Of a DNA stretch of 32,000 nucleotides, positions 8,882 through 17,300 are shown piece by piece; position 1 is the first letter of the stretch, and each line of letters opens with the position of its first letter. The position numbers were made by a program, and so were the translations under genes. The notes below the pieces were generated by a model. The model was not told where the DNA came from, did not search any database, and was given only the letters and a program-made list of their open reading frames with translations. The stretch lies in assembly GCA_028700115.1 (NCBI GenBank), contig JAQVTI010000011.1:1-32000 (forward strand), read 5' to 3'. Source of the DNA: Candidatus Iainarchaeum sp. GTDB taxonomy: Archaea > Iainarchaeota > Iainarchaeia > Iainarchaeales > CSSED10-239.

Positions 8882-9007
8882 TTAAAATTGATTATGTGCA
8901 CAAGGTACTGTATCTGCTCTTTTTAATATATTTAATTTTATATTTTTTTTATTTATTTCTATTTTTTTTGATTCAATATTTGTTGCAATATTTGCAGTTG
9001 ACATCAT
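8882..9007 (-). CDS. Candidate RiPP precursor peptide (41 aa): MMSTANIATNIESKKIEINKKNIKLNILKRADTVPCAHNQF
   Basis: Translated directly from the reverse strand. Strong SD 'GAGGTGAT' 3 nt before the ATG (TTTGAGGTGATAATATGATG). The stop is 5 nt before the radical SAM ATG. Confidence 0.65.
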   Translation of the reverse strand: MMSTANIATNIESKKIEINKKNIKLNILKRADTVPCAHNQF

Positions 9008-9010
9008 ATT

Positions 9011-9018
9011 ATCACCTC
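9011..9018 (-). promoter_or_regulatory. Shine-Dalgarno GAGGTGAT for the 41-aa peptide
   Basis: Plus strand reads 'atcacctc'; complementary to the conserved archaeal 16S 3' tail. Confidence 0.7.
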
Positions 9019-9074
9019 AAATTATATATTAATTGATCTACATAATGTTTATAAATCTTTTTATTATATTATTT

Positions 9075-10832
9075 TTATCTAGCACCTGCACCTCCACCAC
9101 CCATACCTCCACCAAATCCTCCTGCTGAACCACTACTACCTGAACCTGATATAGATCCATTAGATAGTGATGTGTAGGTTATACTTGTTGTATATGTTGC
9201 TAAAAACATCATGTTTGTGGTGTTACTTGACACATTTAGGTTGTGTGCCTTGATTATTTTGTTAACTTTCTTTGCACTTCCAAAAGCAGTTGCATAAACT
9301 ATATATTTTTCCCATAAAATTACATGTCTTGGAGGATATTTTTTAATTTGAGAAAAATCTGTTATATATCTATTAAAATTCATCCATTTTAGATTAAGAA
9401 CTCTGTTTTTCTTTGTAAATCTATTACTTAAAAAAGTACTTCTATCTTTGTATACTAATTTTTGAAAAGTTGTAAATATTTTTAGATAGATGCTAATTAT
9501 AAAAATATAAATCATAGGAATTGTCATGTATGCTATTTCAGGAGCTATTAAGTTTGTTTTACTAAAAATTAATGAAATAAATATTATATATATTGCAATA
9601 TAGCCAAAAAATAATAATGAAAAATAAATATTTCCTTTTTTCTCAAATAATTCCTGTTCTGTTTTCCAGTTTTTATAATATTCAAAAATTTCTTTTTGAA
9701 CTTTTTTAAATTCTAAATCCATTACTAGATTAAATTTATTTTTTGTAAGGTTATATCTGTTGTTAATCATTTTTTTAGTTATGTAATTGTATAGTGACTT
9801 ATAAGCACTGTTTAGAATATCTATTTTTTTATTAGTTTTAATTAAAATTAAATCATCATTTTTATCTTTTTCAAAATTTAAATATTTTTGATTAACTAAA
9901 TCCATTATAATTGATCCAAACCAATATTTTGTAAATCTACCATTTGCAAAATAATTTGCTTGTATAGGATCGTGTTTAGAAGGTAAATCTCTTTCATATT
10001 CTCCAAAGTAATTTACTTCTTTTTTAGAATATTCTTTTCCAAAAAATCTCCAAATTAAATAAAAGCCAATAAACCCTATTAATGTGTATATTAATAAATA
10101 TATTTTTTTATGTTCTAGAACAAATAGACCTATGTTTAGTTTTTTTTTAAGTTTATTTTCAATTTTTAAAACATCTTTAGATGTATATTCTTTTTTATAA
10201 TTACTTTTTTGTGTAAAATATGTATTTGGAATAAGCATATTTATTTCAATATACTCATTTGATTTTACATTTTTAGAAATTGAAAGTATATTTTTACTTT
10301 CTTCTATTTTATAATTATCTTTATTAAAAACATGCATGAAATATGTTGTGTTGTTTATGTCTTCTGGAAGGATAATTTGTATATTTGTTTTTGTAGATTT
10401 ATTTGTTTTTTCTCCATATATCTTATAAAAGAATTGATGAGAATCATTAATATCTAAAATAGCATTTTCAATTGTATATTCAAAATAAGCAGTTATTTGT
10501 TCATTACTAAAATTTCCTTTTAGAATAAGTTCTTTTTCTCCAGAAATGGATTCATTTTTGTTTTTAAAAATAAACTCTGCATTCTTATCTTTTTCAATAT
10601 ACCCATTATATTCAGAAATTATTATATCATCTGGTTTTTGTATATATAGCTCTGTAAAACTGCCATTTAAGTAATAAGTTATAGCTTCATTTACAATTAT
10701 TTGTGTGTTTTCTTGTATATTATAAGTTATATTATAATTTTCTATTGAATAATATTTTGCAGAAACTTGTGGAAGAATTAAAGCTAAAGTAAATATTATT
10801 GTAATTATTAAAAATATACTTTTTTTATTCAT
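9075..10832 (-). CDS. DUF2207-like membrane protein with Gly-rich C terminus
   Basis: Signal peptide from internal Met (MNKKSIFLIITIIFTLALILPQVSA), beta-rich ectodomain, TM segments, C-terminal GSAGGFGGGMGGGGAGAR. The track start at 10910 adds 26 unlikely residues before the signal peptide. Confidence 0.78.
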   Translation of the reverse strand: MNKKSIFLIITIIFTLALILPQVSAKYYSIENYNITYNIQENTQIIVNEAITYYLNGSFTELYIQKPDDIIISEYNGYIEKDKNAEFIFKNKNESISGEKELILKGNFSNEQITAYFEYTIENAILDINDSHQFFYKIYGEKTNKSTKTNIQIILPEDINNTTYFMHVFNKDNYKIEESKNILSISKNVKSNEYIEINMLIPNTYFTQKSNYKKEYTSKDVLKIENKLKKKLNIGLFVLEHKKIYLLIYTLIGFIGFYLIWRFFGKEYSKKEVNYFGEYERDLPSKHDPIQANYFANGRFTKYWFGSIIMDLVNQKYLNFEKDKNDDLILIKTNKKIDILNSAYKSLYNYITKKMINNRYNLTKNKFNLVMDLEFKKVQKEIFEYYKNWKTEQELFEKKGNIYFSLLFFGYIAIYIIFISLIFSKTNLIAPEIAYMTIPMIYIFIISIYLKIFTTFQKLVYKDRSTFLSNRFTKKNRVLNLKWMNFNRYITDFSQIKKYPPRHVILWEKYIVYATAFGSAKKVNKIIKAHNLNVSSNTTNMMFLATYTTSITYTSLSNGSISGSGSSGSAGGFGGGMGGGGAGAR

Positions 10833-10938
10833 AAATATCTTACTTTTATTATATAATATATGGCATATCGATTCATTTATAAACATTTCTTTGCTTGTAT
10901 ATTTATACAAGTTATAATTTGTTAAGAGGTATTTTTAG

Positions 10939-11223
10939 ATGAGAAAACAAAAAGATTTATTTAAGATTTTTAAAGTTTTAGGAGATGAAACTAGATTTAG
11001 AATTGTTGATAAACTTCTAAACTGTAAATCTTTTAAAGATAATACATGTTGTTCAGATTTAGCTGATTTTACACAAAAGGATCTATCTACAATTTCAAGA
11101 CAATTAGATATATTAGAAAAAGAAGGTATTATTGTTGTAAATAAAGTTAGTAAGAGTAAGTGTATAAAACTTAAAAACAAAGAAATTATCTTAAAAGTTT
11201 TTGAATATTCTAAAAAGCTTTAA
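10939..11223 (+). CDS. ArsR-type winged-helix transcriptional regulator
   Basis: 'FKVLGDETRFRIVDKLL', 'CCSDLADFTQKDLSTISRQLDILEKEGIIV' HTH; SD aagaggt upstream. Confidence 0.88.
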   Translation: MRKQKDLFKIFKVLGDETRFRIVDKLLNCKSFKDNTCCSDLADFTQKDLSTISRQLDILEKEGIIVVNKVSKSKCIKLKNKEIILKVFEYSKKL

Positions 11224-11252
11224 AATTAAAAATAATTTAAAAGGTGATTTTT

Positions 11253-11480
11253 ATGTCAAAAATTATAGTTTATTCAACACAATCTTGCCCTTATTGTGTA
11301 ATGGCAAAAGAATATTTAAAATCTAAAAACATTGAGTTTGAGGATGTAGATGTAGGACAAGATATGAATAGAGCTATGGAGATGATTCATAAATCTGGTC
11401 AACAAGGAGTTCCTGTAATTGATATTAATGGAAAAATAATAATTGGTTTTAATAAACCAGAAATAGATGCTTCTTTATAG
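11253..11480 (+). CDS. Glutaredoxin/NrdH-like protein
   Basis: 'YSTQSCPYCVMAKEYLKSKNIEFEDVDV', 'QQGVPVIDINGKIIIGFN'. SD aaggtgat precedes ATG 11253, so this start is preferred over the track's GTG at 11244. Confidence 0.92.
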   Translation: MSKIIVYSTQSCPYCVMAKEYLKSKNIEFEDVDVGQDMNRAMEMIHKSGQQGVPVIDINGKIIIGFNKPEIDASL

Positions 11481-11501
11481 AGAAGAAGTTTTTTTATTTT
11501 T

Positions 11502-12452
11502 CTATTTTATAGAAGAAAATAAATAACCAAATGCAAAAGAAGCAGCTTGAGTTGCTCTTAAAGGTTCAGAAGAATTACCTATTTTTACTATTTTAGAACA
11601 AAAATCCATTGTTTCTTTTTGAAGACCTTTTTTTTCATTTCCATAAACAAAAAGTGTTTTTTTATAAGTTAGACTTTTAAGTTCAGGTAATGTATTCTTA
11701 CCCCACATACTAAATCCTATAATTTCATCATAATTTTTTTTAATATCTGAAATATGACTTATAACTTTAACATTTGCTTTATGAAAACTGTTTTCTTTTA
11801 AGAAATTATTTATTGCTAGTTTAGAAAATTTATTTTTTAAAGTAACTAAATATACTATATTTCTAAAAGTTTTAGACATTCTAACAAAATCAGAAATTTC
11901 TCCTAATGTAAAAGGACATTCTAAAATTAGATCTGGGTATTTAAAATTATTAGTTGAAGTATTATTTTTATTTTCTGAAATATTTTTATTTTCTGAAATA
12001 TTATTTTTTAAAGTATTATTTTTATTTTCTAAATTATTATTTTCTATAGTTTCGTTTATATAATATCCAATTCTAACTTCTATTTTAGAATCATTATTTC
12101 TTGCTTCTAGATATATTTTTTCCCCATTTTTATCAAATTTATTTTTTTTAAGAAATCTTTCTTGTATACCTCTTGCATGAAAAGGAACATCGTGATTTAT
12201 TTTTGATTTTATTTCTTTTATTTTATGTTTTTCTAATCTATCTACTATTTCAGAAATTGTTTTTGCAAAAAATTCTTCTTTAATATTTATAATACTTGAT
12301 ATATAATGTTTATTTTTAATAGGTTTATCTAAAATAAATCTTCTATATGACCAAGAATCATTTTTTATATTATAGTTTTTAGATTTTAATTCTTTAAAAA
12401 TATCTTTTTTTTCTCTATAAGATACAAATCTTGATAAATTTATTAAATACAT
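11502..12452 (-). CDS. SPOUT/TrmH-like RNA methyltransferase
   Basis: 'LFVYGNEKKGL' and 'KIGNSSEPLRATQAASFAFGYLF' SPOUT knot motifs; N-terminal RNA-binding-like extension with an Asn-rich insert. Confidence 0.75.
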   Translation of the reverse strand: MYLINLSRFVSYREKKDIFKELKSKNYNIKNDSWSYRRFILDKPIKNKHYISSIINIKEEFFAKTISEIVDRLEKHKIKEIKSKINHDVPFHARGIQERFLKKNKFDKNGEKIYLEARNNDSKIEVRIGYYINETIENNNLENKNNTLKNNISENKNISENKNNTSTNNFKYPDLILECPFTLGEISDFVRMSKTFRNIVYLVTLKNKFSKLAINNFLKENSFHKANVKVISHISDIKKNYDEIIGFSMWGKNTLPELKSLTYKKTLFVYGNEKKGLQKETMDFCSKIVKIGNSSEPLRATQAASFAFGYLFSSIK

Positions 12453-12464
12453 TTTTTAATCATC

Positions 12465-12496
12465 TTCGTTCACATTATTTTTCGTTCACATTATTT
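12465..12496. repeat. Short tandem repeat, 16 bp x2 (ttcgttcacattattt)
   Basis: Two adjacent identical copies immediately upstream of the SPOUT gene start. Confidence 0.8.
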
Positions 12497-12539
12497 TTTA
12501 AGAAAATAACTATTATTATAATTTATTTTATATAAAAAA

Positions 12540-12698
12540 TTATTTCATTCTTTGCTTTTCAAAAAAATCTGATTTTTCATACATTGCTTTAAAATTTTTT
12601 CTTTTTTCAATTTTTTCTTTAATTTTTTCTTCACATTTTTTACAATAGATTCTAGTTCCATCTATTATTTTACCACATTCTATACATTTATGTACCAT
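12540..12698 (-). CDS. 52-aa zinc-ribbon-like miniprotein
   Basis: MVHKCIECGKIIDGTRIYCKKCEEKIKEKIEKRKNFKAMYEKSDFFEKQRMK*; two CxxC pairs; starts 2 nt after the lysS stop. Not in the supplied track. Confidence 0.65.
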   Translation of the reverse strand: MVHKCIECGKIIDGTRIYCKKCEEKIKEKIEKRKNFKAMYEKSDFFEKQRMK

Positions 12699-12700
12699 TT

Positions 12701-14185
12701 TTAATTCTCCTTTTCATTATCTCTTAATTGAGGGAAAAATATAACATCTCTTATATTTTGAGATTTTGTTAAAAGTATTATTAATCTATCAATACCCATA
12801 CCTATACCAAAAGCAGGTGGCATCCCATATTTTAAAGTATCTATAAAATCTGTATCAATTGGATGGTTTTCTCCTTTTCCTTTTCCTTGATCTTTTTGTT
12901 CAATCATTAATTGTTCTTGCATAAAAGGATCATTTAATTCACTATATATATTTGCAAGTTCCATTCCATTTATATATGGTTCATCTCTTTCTATTAAATT
13001 TTTATCTATTCTATGTATTTTACATAAAGGTGTTGTTTCTTTTGGGTGATCTATAATATGAATTGGACCTAAAAGTTTATTTTCACAATAATTTTCAAAA
13101 ATTTCTGAAATTGCAAGACCTCTTTTATATTCTTCCATTTCAATTTTATTTTCTTTTAAAATTATTTTAATTTCATTATCATCTAAAGAATCAATATCAA
13201 TATTTGCAAATTCTTTAATTGCATCTTTCATTTTCATTTTTTTCCAAGGTCTTTTAAAATCTAAAATTTTTCCATTATATTCAATTTTTGTAGAACCTAA
13301 AACATTAATTGTAATTTTTTCAATCATTTCTTCTAAAATTTCCATTGCCTCATTATAATCTGAATAAGCTTGATACATTTCAAGCATAGTAAATTCTGGA
13401 TTATGAGATTTATCTACACCTTCATTTCTAAAATTTTTACAAATAGTATATACTTTTTCAAAACCACTAACTAAAAGTCTTTTAAGATAAAGTTCTGGAG
13501 AAATAGATAAATATAATTTTTTTTTCCAAACAAAACTTTCAGTTGTAAAAGGTCTTGCATTTGCCCCACCATAAAGAGGTTGTAAAAGTGGAGTTTCTAC
13601 TTCTATAAATCCTTTTTGATCTAGAAAATGTCTAATTTCAGAAATTATTTTAGATCTTATAATAAATATATCTCTTGATTCTTTATTTATCATTAAATCT
13701 AAATGTCTTTTTCTATATTTTACTTCAGAATCAATTAATCCTTTCCATTTATCTGGGAGAGGATAAAAACATTTTGATAAAAAAATTAATTTTTTTGACT
13801 GAATAGAAATTTCCCCTCTTTTTGTTTTAAAAATTTCCCCCAAAATTCCAATAAAATCTCCTGTATCTAAATTTTTTAAAATTATTTTTTCATTTTCAGT
13901 AATTTCATCAGTTTTTATTACTATTTGTATTTTTCCATAAGTATCATGTAAATCTAAAAAAACAATTTTACCTAAGTTTCTAATTAATAATATTCTACCA
14001 GAAATATTAGCTTCTTTTCCAGTAAAAGAATTTTCTTCAATATTTTTATATTTTTCTATAATTTCTGATGTTTTATAATTTTTTTTAAAAGAAAAAGGAT
14101 ATACTTCTATTCCTGCATTTTTTATATTTTCAAAATGTGTTTTTCTACTTTCTTCAAATTCATCTATTCTTGCCATTTTTATCAC
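12701..14185 (-). CDS. lysS: Lysyl-tRNA synthetase, class II
   Basis: OB-fold 'NISGRILLIRNLGKIVFLDLHD', motif 2 'FRNEGVDKSHNPEFTMLEMYQAY', motif 3 'GIGMGIDRLIILLTKSQNIRDVIFFP'. Confidence 0.97.
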   Translation of the reverse strand: MIKMARIDEFEESRKTHFENIKNAGIEVYPFSFKKNYKTSEIIEKYKNIEENSFTGKEANISGRILLIRNLGKIVFLDLHDTYGKIQIVIKTDEITENEKIILKNLDTGDFIGILGEIFKTKRGEISIQSKKLIFLSKCFYPLPDKWKGLIDSEVKYRKRHLDLMINKESRDIFIIRSKIISEIRHFLDQKGFIEVETPLLQPLYGGANARPFTTESFVWKKKLYLSISPELYLKRLLVSGFEKVYTICKNFRNEGVDKSHNPEFTMLEMYQAYSDYNEAMEILEEMIEKITINVLGSTKIEYNGKILDFKRPWKKMKMKDAIKEFANIDIDSLDDNEIKIILKENKIEMEEYKRGLAISEIFENYCENKLLGPIHIIDHPKETTPLCKIHRIDKNLIERDEPYINGMELANIYSELNDPFMQEQLMIEQKDQGKGKGENHPIDTDFIDTLKYGMPPAFGIGMGIDRLIILLTKSQNIRDVIFFPQLRDNEKEN

Positions 14186-14300
14186 ATATATATTTAATAT
14201 CTTATTATTTATAATTTTTTAGAAAATAACTTTTTATAATATATAATATATATAGATAATACTTATAAATATATTTTTTATTTTAAAAAAAATATAAAAA

Positions 14301-14326
14301 AATCCTATTTTTTAAAATAAGATTCT
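14301..14326. terminator. Inverted repeat at the 3' end of the giant ORF
   Basis: AATC-c-TATTTT-TT-AAAATA-a-GATT with T-rich sequence on the minus-strand downstream side. Confidence 0.4.
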
Positions 14327-17300
14327 TTTTTTTGTATAATATAAAAAGCACCAATAATTATAAATATATATAAAATTAACATCAAATTAGATTGTGGGCT
14401 TAAAGGTATATTAAAACCACTTGATTCACTTCCTGAATTTCCCCCTATATTTATATTCATAGGGTTTTGAGAAGTTGTACCTACAACTTTTCCATCTTCT
14501 CCTACTTGAAACATCATTCCGTCTTTAAAATCTGGATTAAATGGAATTAAATGTCCATTTTCTGTATACCAATTACCTGTGCTTGGATCATACCAAAAAG
14601 AACCATTTTTTCCTTGAGCAGAAAGTAAAGTTTCAAGTTCATCATTATATTGTAATCTTGGAACACCATCTTCTGCACTAAATTCAAAATTATGCTCTTT
14701 TCCATCTGCAGTTTTTATTATCATTCCATCTGGTGTTTCAATAATTTCATCAATTGCCTGATCAGTAATTATTTGTCCGGTTTCTTTATCAATTATTTTC
14801 ATCCTTTTTTCACATTCAGGAGGATCTCCTGTATAAAAAATAAATGTCTTTGTAGCTGTGTCGAAAATCTGGAAAGGACCAACATGTTCTAGTGCATCAT
14901 TCATTTCATCAGCTTTATTTTGAGCATCTGCACTATCTTTTTTACCTTTTACATCAAAATCTAATGCAAATTCTTCACAACCAGTTACCTCATTGTTATA
15001 ATTTACAACTTTTGTATCTAAATCTTCAATTTCAGATTGATGCATTGTATAAGTTTGTTCAACCCATAAAATATAACTATTTGTTTCTCCATTATATATC
15101 ATTTGTCCTCTTTCAAATTGAATAGCTATGTTTTGACCAACTCTTACATCTTGGTTATCAATTGGATACATTTTTGTAAATCTTTCTCCACCATAAACAG
15201 TAACTTTTGCAGCATTTCCTTTTGCTGATCTTCTAGGAACTCCTTCTGCTACAATCTCTATATTATTTTCAGATGTTTTTGGCATTATATCATATTGTGT
15301 AGTTGGGTTTGTGATATTTGTTGTTGTTAAAATTTTTGCAGAACCAAGATAATCTGTTAAAGAATTTCCTTGCATTGTAAGTCCTGTTTGTGATTCATAG
15401 TTTAGTTTAAAACAATCTAAAAATCCAACGTTTTCAATAGTTATATTTCCATAAGCATCCATTGTAAACAAAGGAACATTTGTGTCTGGAACTGGTATAT
15501 AACTTAGACTATGAGGAATTACTTTTGCAGGAATTCCTAAGTTAGTTGCAGTAAGTCTTACCCAGTCTTTGTGTTCTGAATCAATTATATTTTTAATAGT
15601 TCCATCTTCTGTTACAATTTCTATTTTTCCTTCATCTTTATCAATAACTAAAGTTTCATTTGTAGATGTATCTGTTAGATGTTCTACACCTTTGTCATTA
15701 TATGCACTTGCTCTACAAGTTGATTTTTCTCCAAGTTCAAAAAAATAAAGCATTCCTTTAACAGAAGCTGAAGTGTTTCCTATAGTTTCAAATCTAGATT
15801 GAACAATTGGGTTGTCTTTTATTTTTGTTTCTGCAAAATTTTCAACTTCTTTTGCAGCTTCACTTAAATTTTCTTTTAAAGTAGTTCCATCTGCCATGTT
15901 TGAAATATTTTTTTGAATTGCAGAAGCTCCGTTTGAAATTGCATCTCCTATTTTATTTTTAGGATCTTTTTCTATTCTTTCTTCTTCATTTTTAGAAACA
16001 AAAACATGTGTATAATAACCTTCTTCATCATCTACACAGTCTTGAACTTGTGGTGTGATTAATGTTTGAGGAATTAAATCTCCTAGAATAACTCCAAGAA
16101 TCATTCTGTGGCTTGGAGCAGAAATTGCATAATAAGCTAAATTACTTGTGATTGCAGAAACCATTCCTGCTCTGTAACTTTTTCCTGTCCATTTAGTTGT
16201 CCAACCAATAGGAACACCAATTAATTCAAGTTCATCTATTCTTTGGGAACATGTATCTCCATTATTTTTTGCATCAGTTAAAACTACTGTTTTATCATCA
16301 GTTTCTCCTGAGATTGATCCACCATAATCTGTATGATGAGAAAATGTAATTAAAGTTTTTCCTTCATCTTCTAGATTTTCTTCAGTTGTGTTTTCTAGTA
16401 AGTATGTAGGTACTGTAATTCCACCTGGAATACTATAAATTATTTGCATATCTTTAATAGGTTCTTGAGAAGAAACTTCTTCTATAGAAATATCTGTTTC
16501 TTCTAAATTTTCTTTTTGTGTTTCTAAGATCTTTTCTTTTAGAGCTGATTTTTCATAAGTTTGTTTTTCTAAAAGAGAAGAGTTTCCAAGTTTCACATAA
16601 CAATTATCATTACATCCGTAGTTTTCTGCATCTGTAAATAAAGCAACTTCATCAACTGTGCTTCTTCTAATATGTCCTTCTGTAATTTGTTTTATCCAAT
16701 CATCTACTGAATTTGTGAATTTAGAATCTACACTTTCAATTCCAAGTTTAGTCAAAGAAACCAAATAAAATAACATACTATTAAAATATTTTGAAAATAA
16801 ATCACCTTGATCAGAACCATCATTTACAAAGTAATCAATATATGCATCTTTGTAAATATCTCCATCTTCTCCGTGATTAATTAAAACTGATGTATATGTT
16901 TCTGGGATTTGATATGCACTATATTTACTTAGAGAATCTCCTATAAAAGGAAGAGATGCACCTGCTGTTTTCCATTCCCAATATGCCCAGTTTAGAGCAT
17001 ACGCATTTAGAGAATTTCCTAAAAGACTCATTGCTTGGTTTGTATGTTTCCCATTAACTGGAGCTTTCATTTGTTGGTTTATCCAGTTTATTCCTTTTCC
17101 AGAAACCCAGCCTTTATTGTTCATTACATCCATCATAGATGTATTTACTATACTTGCATCTTTAACCATTTTAGTTCCATCAGCAACATATGAATATGCA
17201 AGTTCAATTGGATCATATCCAAAATCTTTTGCATCTAATGGAGTTTCTTTTACTGGATACCATTTAAAATTTGCAAAACTTGGATCAACATCATCTAATT

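Noticed and set aside
10935-11180. 81-aa ORF antisense to the ArsR regulator
   Set aside because: Overlaps a confidently identified regulator; shadow ORF.
14692-15125. Two short ORFs (66 and 77 aa) antisense to the giant secreted protein
   Set aside because: Low-complexity Phe/Leu/His-rich shadow translations with no independent start signals or motifs.
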